IMG/VR virus record: IMGVR_UViG_3300045988_131228
Span: 109,272-173,271 of that record
Length of the DNA stretch: 64,000 nucleotides
DNA from: a virus
Direction: 5' to 3' (one strand)
Notes under the pieces: generated by a model
Databases searched by the model: none
Seen by the model: only the letters and a program-made list of their open reading frames with translations
What the model was told of the DNA's origin: nothing
Program-made: the position numbers and the translations under genes
Part shown: positions 8,660-19,502 of the stretch, piece after piece
Numbering within the stretch: position 1 is the first letter of the stretch
Layout of the letters: each line of letters opens with the position of its first letter

Positions 8660-9199
8660 CTACTTTAATATTTTTGAATCTAAACAATTCTTACATAATT
8701 CATAAATTATCCTGCCCATATATTCTCTTTTAATAAAATAAATGTGCATTTTATTACGATTTTGCCATGTCAATAAGGTTCTTAAAAAAGATGTTGGATT
8801 TAGTTTTGATTTATAATTTTCTGTAAAAATGTCTTCTATATTATCATTCTCTATCAGAAGATAATTTTTCTCTACATTAATCATGCGATTAAACTCTTTG
8901 AAGATCCTATCATCATCTTTCGATACGTTTGCGATATTCCCAGCTAACTCACTTACAGAATTTTTTCTTTCAATACATAATTCATCACTAAAATATGTGT
9001 CAATTGAGAAGCCCAATTCCGGGCAACTCTCAATCATTAATCCATAATCACCTGTTTTCAATGCTTTTGATTTCCACCGAATTTTATTTCGGTCAAACCA
9101 TTCTGTAACACTTTTATTATTCTGTTCCCTAGAATCAACCAAAATTATCATATGTGATAATAATTCTTTATATTTTTTATCTGTATAATATTGTTTCAT
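8660..9199 (-). CDS. ERCC4 (XPF/Mus81)-type nuclease, probable junction resolvase
   Basis: VDSREQ, GDY and ERK (CIERKNSVSELAGNI) motifs in the canonical order. Confidence 0.65.
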   Translation of the reverse strand: MKQYYTDKKYKELLSHMIILVDSREQNNKSVTEWFDRNKIRWKSKALKTGDYGLMIESCPELGFSIDTYFSDELCIERKNSVSELAGNIANVSKDDDRIFKEFNRMINVEKNYLLIENDNIEDIFTENYKSKLNPTSFLRTLLTWQNRNKMHIYFIKREYMGRIIYELCKNCLDSKILK

Positions 9200-9207
9200 T
9201 TAAACTC

Positions 9208-12200
9208 CTAACAAATTTGGTATTCAGTAACCCACCATTCTTGTTCATCTATCTTTTGCCATTGTCCATCAATCTTTTTCTTTTTTGGTTCTTTATGTTG
9301 ATTTGTAACTTTTACAATATCTCCACGTTTAATAGGATTTTGTTTGAAAATTTTCTTACTAATTTTTACTGGAATTGTATTTCCATTGGCAAGAGCATAA
9401 AGTTTTACCTTTGGAGAATAATCAACATTTAAGTCTTCTACAAAGCAATAACCTGCATATTTTTTATCGACTATATCCATATAACCCAAAACTTCGTATC
9501 TTGATAATAACTTCTCTTTTAAAGAAACTTTTTCGTCAAAATTTCCAGCTAATTCATCTATAATAGCCTTTGAATCAATTCTCATAAAAGTCTTCACTGT
9601 TTCTGAACCACAATGCTTTCTAAGAACATCAAAATCAATTCCAAATTCAAACGCTTTATCTTTTTTAAATTGTGATAGATATTTCTTATTCTTATAAAAT
9701 TTCATGAAAACATCAAAATAGTTTAGAAGATATTTAATATCACCATAGTCTGAAAAATAATCAATATTAATAAGATCTTTTATTCTGCTATCGGCAATGC
9801 CATTTGTTTTAAGACATACAAATAAATCAGATAAGTTAGAATAACTGCCTTTACCTAGCTCATATAATGTATTTGCAATTGCTGTTGAGAAATTTTTAAT
9901 AGACGATAGAGATGGATTTATACATCCATTATTCTTATCAATGGAAAATTTTCGGTTATCTAATCCAAATTTATATGATCCAACTCGTATTTTTGCATAT
10001 TCAAACATTTCTTTTTTATATGCGGAAACTTTATCCTTATCACCTTTATCTGAATAATGTTGCATCATTACGGCATAAAATTCATATGGGTAATGAGCTT
10101 TACAATATGCTCCATATACAGAGTCGAAACCGTAGCTCAAAGCATGAGAGGCATTGAAAGAATATTTTGATGCGGCTTCTATGATCTCCCAAGTCTTTTC
10201 AAAACCATTTTCACTACCAACATTTTTAACCCATCCTTTAAGCAACTTAGCCTTTAATTCTGCTAATTCTTTTTCCTTAAATTTCTTTTTACTTATTTTC
10301 TTGATAATAGCATATGTCTCTGTTTGTTCAATTCCAAGCCATCCAAGATAAGTCATAATAGATTCCTGGTACATCATATAGTGAAAAGAATCTTTTAAAA
10401 GGTTATCTAGCTCTGTAACACCTGTTGTATATGGTAGTCTATTTAAAAAATTATTAAGCTGTGTTTTAAATCCTGGTCTTAAAGCAGCAACTAAAGATGT
10501 TAATTCCATCATATTTTGTGGTTTATATTTTTTGCAACATTGCACACCAAATGAAGATTCACACTGATTAATTCCAAGAGTATAACCACTAGAATATACG
10601 TCCCATGTTTTTTCATCGTCCTCTATAAGTTTTGTCATTTCTGGAACTGTAGGAGTTTTAATCCCAGCTTCTTTGAAAATATTATTGATTGTAAGCCAAA
10701 TATCTACTTTTAGTAAATCATTCTTAACAAACTTATAGTTTTCTGCAACCATTCCATCAATAACAGTGGTTATTACTTCTTTTTTTGTCGCTTCGGATTT
10801 ACACCTAATTAAACCCACTTCTCGCTTAATATCTCCATCATAAATCAAATAGCCACATGGGGCTTGAGATTTTGAATTGATAATTCCTCTATATTTTTTG
10901 CTTTCATCTATATAACTTTTATATTTTTTATCTACAAAGGTATACAAGTCAATAGAATCTTTCATATCATCTTCTGCATTCTTTAAAGCTTTTTCATATT
11001 CTTTAATCTGACTTGTAATTTCATTAGAAATTTCAAAATCTAATCCTTGAGATTTTGCATATAACTTGAATGCTGATGATACCTGTAACGGCTTATATGA
11101 TATCATTGGATATGCATGACCTTCACCCATTACCTTAATTTGTGCATCCGCAAAAATCTCAGGAGTACCTAAATTCAAGTCTAAATCCGGTAAACTTTTT
11201 GTTTTTAAAATTCTCGTTTTTGAAATAAATCTATCTGGATATAACTTTACAGGTGAAATAAATCTATCAATGTTACTGAAACCTAATAATGAATTAACAT
11301 AATAAGATACTCCACTTCCTCTTCCTGTTTTTGTAATTATTCCCCCATTCTCAACGCCAGTTTTAACAAGCTCATAATCTATGAGGAAATAATCAGCCAT
11401 TTTTGTATCAATAATTGCATTTAATTCATACTCAATTCCATCTTTATATTCTTTAAATCTCTCTGGTGATACAGTATTTTTAATTTCATTCCATTTTGAA
11501 TACACCAAATTATGTAATGTTGTATCTCTCCATTCTTGTGATTTATCTCCTACCCATTCACCATTAAAAAGATAATTTTTAGGAAGCTTTATGTTTTTAT
11601 TTAAAACAATATCGTCAAAATCTAAAAGAATATCTGTATTTTTAATACATTCATCAATTTGTTCATTGGTTAAAATACCTTGTTTTTTTAATCTTCTACG
11701 AGCTTCTTGCTCATCAGGATAATCCATATACCATCCTTGTTCATCTTCATCATATGCGATACCTCTTGCTTCTAAATAATTATCTCTTTCCTTATATTGA
11801 TCTGGATATATATAATGACTATCACAACCAAGGATTAATTTGATTCCAAATTCATCATGCAAATCAATTATTCTTTTATTTATTTTCTTTTGAATATCAG
11901 TATTATGATACTGAATCTCCAAAAAGAAATTATCTTTAAAATGTCTATATAATTTTTCTGTAATCTCATCAATATCGTTGTAAGCCCAATATTTCAAACA
12001 AGCAGTTGTTACCATGATATTTTCAGGTTTTACATTTAATAAAAGATTGATGTCAATTCTTGGTTGTCCATAAAACCCATCTATACTTGCAACAGAAAGA
12101 ATTTCATTAATATCTCTACGTCCCTCTTCATTTTTAGCTAATAAAATTATATGGCAATTAGTTCTGTCTTTGACAAATTCATTCGGAATTTCTTTGCCTG

Positions 12201-12516
12201 TTTTTTTATCTATTTTGGGATATTCCGCTAATCTGTCTTTTACCCAATATGCTTCTGCTCCAAACACAAATTTAAGTTTCTTCTTTTCAAACTGTTCTTG
12301 TGTTAATAATCCAGATTCTACATCTTTTAAAAGCTTATCATTATGCTTTTGAACCAATTCGTATGGGACGTAATAATTTCCTTGATAGCCATGTTCTACG
12401 CTTGATATTACATTTTGCCCTAATTCTACTGCTCTTTGTATATATTCCTCATATGATGCAGCACAATCAGTAATTAAAACATTACTATAAGATGTGTGTT
12501 TATGATAATTTTGCAT
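9208..12516 (-). CDS. dnaE: DNA polymerase III alpha-type replicative polymerase
   Basis: 1102 aa; N-terminal PHP (HKHTSYSN..SVEHG), GRGSGVSYYVNSLLGFSNID fingers/palm signature, C-terminal OB-like region. Confidence 0.9.
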   Translation of the reverse strand: MQNYHKHTSYSNVLITDCAASYEEYIQRAVELGQNVISSVEHGYQGNYYVPYELVQKHNDKLLKDVESGLLTQEQFEKKKLKFVFGAEAYWVKDRLAEYPKIDKKTGKEIPNEFVKDRTNCHIILLAKNEEGRRDINEILSVASIDGFYGQPRIDINLLLNVKPENIMVTTACLKYWAYNDIDEITEKLYRHFKDNFFLEIQYHNTDIQKKINKRIIDLHDEFGIKLILGCDSHYIYPDQYKERDNYLEARGIAYDEDEQGWYMDYPDEQEARRRLKKQGILTNEQIDECIKNTDILLDFDDIVLNKNIKLPKNYLFNGEWVGDKSQEWRDTTLHNLVYSKWNEIKNTVSPERFKEYKDGIEYELNAIIDTKMADYFLIDYELVKTGVENGGIITKTGRGSGVSYYVNSLLGFSNIDRFISPVKLYPDRFISKTRILKTKSLPDLDLNLGTPEIFADAQIKVMGEGHAYPMISYKPLQVSSAFKLYAKSQGLDFEISNEITSQIKEYEKALKNAEDDMKDSIDLYTFVDKKYKSYIDESKKYRGIINSKSQAPCGYLIYDGDIKREVGLIRCKSEATKKEVITTVIDGMVAENYKFVKNDLLKVDIWLTINNIFKEAGIKTPTVPEMTKLIEDDEKTWDVYSSGYTLGINQCESSFGVQCCKKYKPQNMMELTSLVAALRPGFKTQLNNFLNRLPYTTGVTELDNLLKDSFHYMMYQESIMTYLGWLGIEQTETYAIIKKISKKKFKEKELAELKAKLLKGWVKNVGSENGFEKTWEIIEAASKYSFNASHALSYGFDSVYGAYCKAHYPYEFYAVMMQHYSDKGDKDKVSAYKKEMFEYAKIRVGSYKFGLDNRKFSIDKNNGCINPSLSSIKNFSTAIANTLYELGKGSYSNLSDLFVCLKTNGIADSRIKDLINIDYFSDYGDIKYLLNYFDVFMKFYKNKKYLSQFKKDKAFEFGIDFDVLRKHCGSETVKTFMRIDSKAIIDELAGNFDEKVSLKEKLLSRYEVLGYMDIVDKKYAGYCFVEDLNVDYSPKVKLYALANGNTIPVKISKKIFKQNPIKRGDIVKVTNQHKEPKKKKIDGQWQKIDEQEWWVTEYQIC

Positions 12517-12524
12517 AGTATCTC

Positions 12525-13382
12525 CTACTCATATGTGTCCGTTTCTGGGTTATATTGTCTATTATCTTCTTGTTGTTTTTTACCAGTAGGTTTTGGCTTA
12601 TATTCGCAAGCATGATTACGTTGACCGCACAAATAATGGCAATAATAATAATCTGGATTTGGATTCCATTCGCTTTCTTTTTCAATGAGACTAAGCGTAT
12701 CTTTCGCCCATTGAATAGCTTCGTCATATTCTTCCTTAACCCAAGGAATCTCTATCCATTTTTGATCTTTGAACATATTCCATTTCAGTTTTGATACTGA
12801 ACCATATTTTTTTATCACTGGGATTGAATATAAATAGAGTTGTCGTTTAAATTCTAAAAAATGTTGTTGATCAGATTTGCTAATTTTACCGTTTTTTAAA
12901 ATTTTTAAACTTGCCGATTTATGATCTATAATAATAATCTCATTCGTTTTTTTATCTTTAACAAGTAAATCTATATATCCTATAAAATCCTTGCCATTAA
13001 TAGTAAATTCAACTTTTTCTTCGACACCAAGAATCTCATAATTCTCCAAATCTAAATCAATATTATCGAAATAATCAATACCTTTATCATAATAAGACTG
13101 CCTAATGTCTACGAATTTATTTGGTGGAGCATTATGAGGAACGTCTTGATTAAAATGTTCCTCATAATATTCATTTAATTCAAATAATGAAAGTTCCCCT
13201 TTCTCATACTTTTCAAGGATTTTATGAACAAGTGAACCATATTCACCAAAAAATCCATTTTCAGATTTATTACATTCGAGATAATGTAATTTCCATTCAT
13301 ACGGGCAATTATAATATGAGTTTAATCTTGAAAATGACCATTGCATTGTTCCAAGCAAAAAATCCAGTTCTTCATCCATCAT
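12525..13382 (-). CDS. PD-(D/E)XK exonuclease, Cas4/RecB-like with Fe-S cysteines
   Basis: N-terminal CPYEW plus C-terminal CHYLCGQRNHAC cysteines; GYIDLLV..IIIIDHKS nuclease core. Confidence 0.75.
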   Translation of the reverse strand: MMDEELDFLLGTMQWSFSRLNSYYNCPYEWKLHYLECNKSENGFFGEYGSLVHKILEKYEKGELSLFELNEYYEEHFNQDVPHNAPPNKFVDIRQSYYDKGIDYFDNIDLDLENYEILGVEEKVEFTINGKDFIGYIDLLVKDKKTNEIIIIDHKSASLKILKNGKISKSDQQHFLEFKRQLYLYSIPVIKKYGSVSKLKWNMFKDQKWIEIPWVKEEYDEAIQWAKDTLSLIEKESEWNPNPDYYYCHYLCGQRNHACEYKPKPTGKKQQEDNRQYNPETDTYE

Positions 13383-13396
13383 AATAATAAGTCTCC

Positions 13397-15313
13397 TTAA
13401 TGGTCTGGAAATGTATTATCTACAGACCTATCTATATATGGTAATTTATCTGTGTATATGTCACTATCCCAAGCAAATTGAGCATCATATTCTTCATAGT
13501 CCGTATAAAATCTTCGAGAAGTTAAGTCATACCATAAACCCATTTGGAAATCTGCTTTTCCTAATAATCTATCTTTGATCACCGTAAGTACTACATCAAA
13601 GTTATACCATTTTGATTTTGCATCAGCTTTTTCTTTTTTGGAAACTCGTCTTAGACCTATTGATCTCATAGCAAGATTAATAATATTAGAAGTTCCAGAT
13701 ATGTCGTACATTTCAATGTCAGAATTTGTATCTTGTGTTTTTCTTGGATGAGCAATCAAAACTACTGCTACATTAAATTTTGCAGCAAACTTAATCAAAG
13801 AATTAATCAAATTTGTTTGAGCCGTATTTTTATCACTCTCTGCACAATTCAGGTCAATCATCATAAGGTTATCAAGCACAATTAATTTACATCCAAACTT
13901 TCTTACACATTCTTCTGCGGATTTTAAAACTGAATCAACATCATTAGGTTCATCATCTCTATAGATAAACAATTTTTTGTTGTAATACGTTTGCATCTTT
14001 TTTTGAATAGATTGAGGTACTATGTAATATTTTCGATTGTCTCTACTTGTTTTTTCAACCATATTTCTTCTACCTGCTATAATTGTATTGAACCAATTAG
14101 CAGACATTCTTTCAGGCATTTCTTTTGAAAACAAAAATACAGGGTTACCATCATCTATTGTTCTTGCAATTGTCTGATCTATAATTGAAGTTTTTCCACT
14201 ACCAGGTCTTCCAGATAGAACAGTTAATGTTCCATAGAAAATTTTCAATAATTCTTCATCCAATGGTTTGATTCCTGTCTTAACTCCATCCATTTGAGAA
14301 ATATCAAGTTCCTCAATTTCAGAATAATCAACAACACTTTTTACTGGAACATCTTTTGCATCTGAAATGAGATTCATCACAAAATTTTTCCCACCTATTT
14401 GTAAGCAATCATTAATATCTTTTATTGGAACTTTTTTACCATTCTCTTTTTCAAAATATTCTGGTGCTGTTATATATTTTGTTCTCCATGTTCCTAAACG
14501 GTAAATACACTCTTTCCTCATTTTAATACCTGCTTCATCATTGTCAGACCAGATAATAATTGAATCAAAATTGTTTAACCAATCCCAATTTTCTTCAATC
14601 CAATGAAGATTTCCTGCACCAAGAGGAACACTTACAGTGTTAATATATCCTGCCTCAATAGCACTTGCACAATCCGTTTCCCCTTCTGTAATCAATAATG
14701 GTTTTGATGTATTGACTCTATTCATGTTGAATAATAAAGCTGATGTATCAGAGTCTTTTTGGCACCATGTTTTCGGTTGCCCCGAATGTTTTTCTATTGT
14801 TCTTGCAGGTCTATATTTGACCATTGTTAGAACATCATTTGTGTCATAGAAATTAAATACTCCATTTCCATGTAAGTCTTCTCTGATGTCAAGATAATCA
14901 ATTACATTTTTTGAAATTCCTCGTTTGCCCCAATATTCAAGGACATTTGTTTTACCATTTAACGGTTCTTCGTGTGGATATCTATAGTTTCTTCTAGTTT
15001 TTACATCTTTTTCTCCAAAGCTATATTCAACATTTGCTTTATCAAATAAATATTTTGCCGCTTCTAAAAATGTATTTCCTTTTTCCATTAAAACATCAAT
15101 GATATCAACTGTTTTATTACACCCGAAACAATGGAAAGTATAATTCTTTTTATTGTAAATAAAGCTTGCAGTATCTTCATTATGATATGGACAACATGCC
15201 TTTAAATTTTTTTCATCAAAATTATCCAGTTCAAGCAATTCTGCTATTAAAAAAGCGTTTTTGTCACCTAGCTTTTCTTTCGCTTTTTCAATGTCTTTTT
15301 TATCAATTAGCAT
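13397..15313 (-). CDS. bifunctional DNA primase / DnaB-like helicase
   Basis: CHC2 Zn finger (CPYHNEDTASF..CFGC), Toprim (TEGETDCAS..SDNDEAG), Walker A GRPGSGKT. Confidence 0.85.
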   Translation of the reverse strand: MLIDKKDIEKAKEKLGDKNAFLIAELLELDNFDEKNLKACCPYHNEDTASFIYNKKNYTFHCFGCNKTVDIIDVLMEKGNTFLEAAKYLFDKANVEYSFGEKDVKTRRNYRYPHEEPLNGKTNVLEYWGKRGISKNVIDYLDIREDLHGNGVFNFYDTNDVLTMVKYRPARTIEKHSGQPKTWCQKDSDTSALLFNMNRVNTSKPLLITEGETDCASAIEAGYINTVSVPLGAGNLHWIEENWDWLNNFDSIIIWSDNDEAGIKMRKECIYRLGTWRTKYITAPEYFEKENGKKVPIKDINDCLQIGGKNFVMNLISDAKDVPVKSVVDYSEIEELDISQMDGVKTGIKPLDEELLKIFYGTLTVLSGRPGSGKTSIIDQTIARTIDDGNPVFLFSKEMPERMSANWFNTIIAGRRNMVEKTSRDNRKYYIVPQSIQKKMQTYYNKKLFIYRDDEPNDVDSVLKSAEECVRKFGCKLIVLDNLMMIDLNCAESDKNTAQTNLINSLIKFAAKFNVAVVLIAHPRKTQDTNSDIEMYDISGTSNIINLAMRSIGLRRVSKKEKADAKSKWYNFDVVLTVIKDRLLGKADFQMGLWYDLTSRRFYTDYEEYDAQFAWDSDIYTDKLPYIDRSVDNTFPDH

Positions 15314-15324
15314 CTGCTCACCAC

Positions 15325-15681
15325 CTATACTTTAAATTCTTGCTCATAAAATAACTTTCTGATGCCATACAAAACTTGCACTGGCTTTTGAGAATAATAC
15401 AATTTTGACGACTCAATATTTTTCCTAATGTATTCTATAGGGACTCTATTTTTAAAAACCATTGTGTTTATTGCTCTATAAGCAATAGGATATTTTGTCT
15501 TATCTTCTATATAGCTCATGTATGTATTGACACAATCAGTAATCTCTTGTTTCATACCTGCACAATCCCAATGATAATGTTTCCTATTAATAACCACGGA
15601 TTCAGAGTCTTTAATTCTGTCCCCGTGGTGTAAACAATATTTATATGCGCAGATATATTCTTTTTCTTTTTTACCTGCCAT
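15325..15681 (-). CDS. hypothetical protein with N-terminal Cys/His cluster (118 aa)
   Basis: ORF track; CAYKYCLHHG..HYHWDC. Confidence 0.5.
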   Translation of the reverse strand: MAGKKEKEYICAYKYCLHHGDRIKDSESVVINRKHYHWDCAGMKQEITDCVNTYMSYIEDKTKYPIAYRAINTMVFKNRVPIEYIRKNIESSKLYYSQKPVQVLYGIRKLFYEQEFKV

Positions 15682-15692
15682 ATCTACCTCTT

Positions 15693-16121
15693 TTAGTTAA
15701 ATGGAAGTTCTTCCTCAATACCATCTGGAATACTCATGAATTTATCACTTCCAGGAGCAGGTGTTTTATTAACATTACTTGTAGAGTTTTCAGAAGAATT
15801 TTTGCTTTCTGCAAATTCTACCTGTTCTACAATGACATCAGTTGTATAAACTTTAATTCCATCTTTGTTTGTATAACTTCCAGTTTGAATACGTCCTTCT
15901 ACAACAAACTTCGTACCCTGATGTCCATATTTTTCAATAAATTCTGCGGTTTTCCCAAAAGCCACACAGCTAATGAAATCGGCAGTCTGTTCATCACCTT
16001 GTCTTTTGAACCTTCGATCTACAGCCAGAGTAAATCTCGCAACTGCGGATGAATTTTCTCCCTGTGTATATCTTACTTCTGCATCTCTTGTCATTCTTCC
16101 CATTAACATTACTTTATTCAT
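15693..16121 (-). CDS. ssb: single-stranded DNA-binding protein
   Basis: MNKVMLMGRMTRDAEVRYT OB-fold N-terminus and acidic tail ..EEELPFN. Confidence 0.9.
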   Translation of the reverse strand: MNKVMLMGRMTRDAEVRYTQGENSSAVARFTLAVDRRFKRQGDEQTADFISCVAFGKTAEFIEKYGHQGTKFVVEGRIQTGSYTNKDGIKVYTTDVIVEQVEFAESKNSSENSTSNVNKTPAPGSDKFMSIPDGIEEELPFN

Positions 16122-16139
16122 TATATTTTCCTCCTATAA

Positions 16140-17087
16140 TTACGCCTGTACTGGTTTGATTTCTTTTACTTTTGCTAAACATTCTTTTGCTGCTTCTAAA
16201 TCTTTAATTGCATTTGGGTTGCCACTTGGAACATATTCTTTCAGAGCATTCATTAATTCTGCATTTTTTGTGCCACCAAGTTTCGTGCAAAAAGAGATAA
16301 TTTCTTTTTTGATGGAAATAATATCATCTTCTACATTTTGAGCTGTAGATGCTGTAAATTTAGGTCTTGTTGGTTCAATATCCGATGTATTAGCCCACTT
16401 GATAATTTTCTGTCCATGAGATTCTGTAAGTAATGTTGCATTATCATTCTCAAAAATATGAGTATTATCTTTCTGAGGTTCAGCCATATGAGTTTTCTGA
16501 TCTACTGTAAACGTACAAGTAAATTCGTATTCAAACCCATCTCTCTGTTTCGCTCCTACCCCAAGTTTTTTAACACTTGTTTTACCTCTATCATCTTTTT
16601 CAATTTCGTACTGATCTTTTCCTCGCATAGTTGCGATTAAATGAATTGGACTTGTGGCAAGTTTATTGATAAATGCATCGTGTCTTGGAGTTACTTTCGC
16701 CCATGCTTGATATGTCCCACCAGCTTTTTGCTGTAATTCAAGACAACCGCCTTTACCATCCCATTCAGGGGATGTGCTGTCCATAATTAAGATGTCATAT
16801 TTTTCTTCGACTGCAAAATCAATTACATCAGAAAACTGTTCTGGATTAAAAGGTTCTACAAGATCAACAATGTCATAATCAAATTCATTTGCATAGTATC
16901 TACCTCTTGCGCCCTCTGTATTAGCAAGTAAAATTCTACAAGGTTTTCCAGTGATTTTTTCGAGTTCTTCACGCATTCCAGTGGCTAATCTTAATGCAGA
17001 ATATGTTTTCCCACCACCTGACGGAGCCATAAGTGCCACCTTTGTATAAATTTTTTCTCTTACTGCTTTTTGTACTTTAAAAGCCAT
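16140..17087 (-). CDS. RecA-fold ATPase, AAA_24/Sak4-like recombination protein
   Basis: Walker A APSGGGKT near the N-terminus, Walker B ILIMDS; adjacent to ssb. Confidence 0.65.
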   Translation of the reverse strand: MAFKVQKAVREKIYTKVALMAPSGGGKTYSALRLATGMREELEKITGKPCRILLANTEGARGRYYANEFDYDIVDLVEPFNPEQFSDVIDFAVEEKYDILIMDSTSPEWDGKGGCLELQQKAGGTYQAWAKVTPRHDAFINKLATSPIHLIATMRGKDQYEIEKDDRGKTSVKKLGVGAKQRDGFEYEFTCTFTVDQKTHMAEPQKDNTHIFENDNATLLTESHGQKIIKWANTSDIEPTRPKFTASTAQNVEDDIISIKKEIISFCTKLGGTKNAELMNALKEYVPSGNPNAIKDLEAAKECLAKVKEIKPVQA

Positions 17088-17150
17088 AGTCTTAAATCCT
17101 CCTGTGATTTTTATTCTTTGTTTTTAATATGTAATAACATTTATGTGAAC

Positions 17151-17208
17151 ACACTCATATTTGAGTGTAGTAACATGGAATTAAATCTATGATAAAATTC
17201 TATGTCAA
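17151..17208 (-). promoter_or_regulatory. sigma-A-type promoter (TTGACA-17-TTTAAT) followed by the palindrome ACACTCA-TATT-TGAGTGT
   Basis: -35 at 17208..17203 and -10 at 17185..17180 (minus strand); 18-bp palindrome 17151..17168; lies in the 244-bp gap heading the replication operon. Confidence 0.45.
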
Positions 17209-17331
17209 CAGTGATTTATGGGTATAAAATCCCAAGGGTATGCTGCTAACCACCCATTTTTTTATTTCTCTATTCAGTTTCAATTTATTTGGAAAATTCG
17301 ATTCGATTGAATCTATAAGATTTATTTCTCT

Positions 17332-17604
17332 TTATTTTTTAACTGGTAAAATTGAAATAATGTATCGTCCTGGAAGTATTAATAACTCACCATCTTCTGT
17401 TTGAAAATGGAACTGTTCAAACAATCCCATAATATTTATTAATTTTACATTTCTATATCTTTTATAAAACATTATGTCTCTTGTTGAATTAATAAAATTA
17501 TGATTAAACTTAACATCATCTCGACATCCAGTGCATTCTACATTATAATTCCTGTCAATCATTTGACAAATCGTTTCATTCCATTTTTTATAATTGTCAT
17601 TCAT
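17332..17604 (-). CDS. hypothetical phage protein (90 aa)
   Basis: ORF track; SD GGAG upstream. Confidence 0.55.
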   Translation of the reverse strand: MNDNYKKWNETICQMIDRNYNVECTGCRDDVKFNHNFINSTRDIMFYKRYRNVKLINIMGLFEQFHFQTEDGELLILPGRYIISILPVKK

Positions 17605-17633
17605 ATTTTATATTCTCCGATGAAATTTGGATT

Positions 17634-17945
17634 TTAATTTTCTTCCTGTCTACCTGACCAATCACATTGAGTACATAACTCATCAAGTTCATTCATATGT
17701 TTTTCAAGATATTCCATAATATCTTTAACAATATTAATGTCGCAAATACCAATTACTCCCTTTTGCTTTTCATTATCAATATATATTCCGTCTGAACAAT
17801 CATATTTTATTGGAATATCAAAGACCTCATCAAAGCTTCCTTCACTAAGCGATACTGTAATTCCATTTGGTTCAACTACAACTTTAAAATTATGTGATTT
17901 GTCATATTTCATAATTTTAACAATGTCTTCTACTACATTAATCAT
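17634..17945 (-). CDS. hypothetical acidic protein (103 aa)
   Basis: ORF track. Confidence 0.55.
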   Translation of the reverse strand: MINVVEDIVKIMKYDKSHNFKVVVEPNGITVSLSEGSFDEVFDIPIKYDCSDGIYIDNEKQKGVIGICDINIVKDIMEYLEKHMNELDELCTQCDWSGRQEEN

Positions 17946-18313
17946 TTATTCTCCTTTTCATCATCCTCATTCACAATCTTGTCAATCTGATCTGTAATAT
18001 AATCAACTACATTCTTACCAGTTTTGCCAATTGTTTGAATATTATCTGGTGTAATTTCATTTGCTACCATCATTGTATATATTGTTTCAGTGCTTGGAGT
18101 AATAACTAAAACAACTGCACTGATAATAGATGTTATTACGCATTTTTTCATAAAATTTTTATGAGTTAATACAGATCCATATTCTATGTCACCCTCAATG
18201 AATGCTATAAATATCGCAATTATGCAACATACTAAAATACATCCAGCAAGAATTTTCAAAGAATCTACTCTACTAGCGAAATAAATCACCAAAGGGCTAA
18301 TAATCGGTTTCAT
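17942..18313 (-). CDS. membrane protein (123 aa, ~3 hydrophobic helices)
   Basis: ORF track; hydrophobic stretches ILAGCILVCCIIAIFIAFI and CVITSIISAVVLVITP. Confidence 0.6.
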   Translation of the reverse strand: MKPIISPLVIYFASRVDSLKILAGCILVCCIIAIFIAFIEGDIEYGSVLTHKNFMKKCVITSIISAVVLVITPSTETIYTMMVANEITPDNIQTIGKTGKNVVDYITDQIDKIVNEDDEKENK

Positions 18314-18350
18314 TTTCTCACATCCTATCTATCTGAAACGAAAGTTTTAT

Positions 18351-19010
18351 TTATAAATTCTCTAACTTTTTTAACTCTTTCTGAGCATTTTCAATAGTTT
18401 CTTTAAGATCTCTAATCTTATATTCTCTTTCTGCTAGAAGTTTCTTTTCATTTTCTTCTTTATCATTCGCATAAAATTTATCTTCAAACTCCCAATAATC
18501 ATGTTCATCTCCACTCCATGAGTGATTCGATACAAGAAAACTTTTTCTAACTTCGACACTTGGAGCTTCCCAATCACATCCATGTCCACAACAATGTTTA
18601 TCTTCTCTATAATCTGGATCACCAAGACTACATTGACAATCTCCCCAATTACGTTCATCGTAACTGAATGTAATTTCATATCTAAAATCTGATTCTTCTG
18701 CACATTTCCAATTATTATTTTCAGTTTCATTGTAAAGAAATACATTTACCTTACAGATACAATAATTATCATCTCCAATTACAATATCATAATTATCACA
18801 ATCTCTTAAATCAGAACAAAATTTATTACAACATTCATAATTATTCGTTAAATCTTGCCATAGCACAGATACCAAAAACGGGATATCCAGCTTTTTACCA
18901 TTTGGTTCTTTATATGTATTCTCGTATTTCAATACATCAATCAACTGTTCTATGAAATTTTGAATTGTAATATTGACACTATGCTTCATATGTATTCGTT
19001 CTCCTTTCAA
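18351..19010 (-). CDS. Cys/His-rich protein with C-terminal coiled coil (219 aa)
   Basis: ORF track. Confidence 0.55.
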   Translation of the reverse strand: MKGERIHMKHSVNITIQNFIEQLIDVLKYENTYKEPNGKKLDIPFLVSVLWQDLTNNYECCNKFCSDLRDCDNYDIVIGDDNYCICKVNVFLYNETENNNWKCAEESDFRYEITFSYDERNWGDCQCSLGDPDYREDKHCCGHGCDWEAPSVEVRKSFLVSNHSWSGDEHDYWEFEDKFYANDKEENEKKLLAEREYKIRDLKETIENAQKELKKLENL

Positions 19011-19237
19011 TATCCTCTCATCTCAAATAGTTCTTCTTCATATGAGATACACTCATATCTTTTACAATTGTCCACTGTACATTGAAATTCTCCGCACCAA
19101 GGACTTCCATCTCCCATATGATCATATGGACAATGATAATCTTTTCTGCAATATTCACAGTTTGTATATTTCTCACATGCCATTTTATTTATTCTCCACT
19201 TTATTACATAACATAACTGAGTTATCATTACTTGCAA
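19007..19237 (-). CDS. Cys-rich small protein (76 aa)
   Basis: ORF track. Confidence 0.5.
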   Translation of the reverse strand: MQVMITQLCYVIKWRINKMACEKYTNCEYCRKDYHCPYDHMGDGSPWCGEFQCTVDNCKRYECISYEEELFEMRGY

Positions 19238-19502
19238 ATCCTCTATATGTTATTTCTTTGTTGTTTAATTTTGCTTTCTGACAAGCGAATTGAGCATTTA
19301 AAATTTCATTTTTAGATAAATATTCACTATTAATCTTAGAAATAATTTCCTCAACTTCTTTTCTATGCTTACATACGTCAGATTTAACACATGAAAAACA
19401 TGGAATGTCGTATGACACACTTTCCATATGTAAATATCCTGTAGTTATTGTATTTTTCATTATTCTAATTTCTCCTTTATGATAATTTATTTGTAAGAAC
19501 AT
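19185..19502 (-). CDS. hypothetical protein; probable true start ATG 19460 (91 aa)
   Basis: ORF track; SD AAAGGAG precedes the internal ATG (MKNTITTGY..). Confidence 0.5.
   Translation of the reverse strand: MFLQINYHKGEIRIMKNTITTGYLHMESVSYDIPCFSCVKSDVCKHRKEVEEIISKINSEYLSKNEILNAQFACQKAKLNNKEITYRGFASNDNSVMLCNKVENK

Noticed and set aside
12500-12727. Embedded or overlapping minus-strand ORFs in alternative frames. Includes 652..846, 2017..2238, 4666..4860, 18434..18745, 20525..20731, 48859..49047, 59638..59919 and 59883..60122.
   Set aside because: Each is nested inside, or largely overlaps, a longer gene with recognisable motifs or better context.
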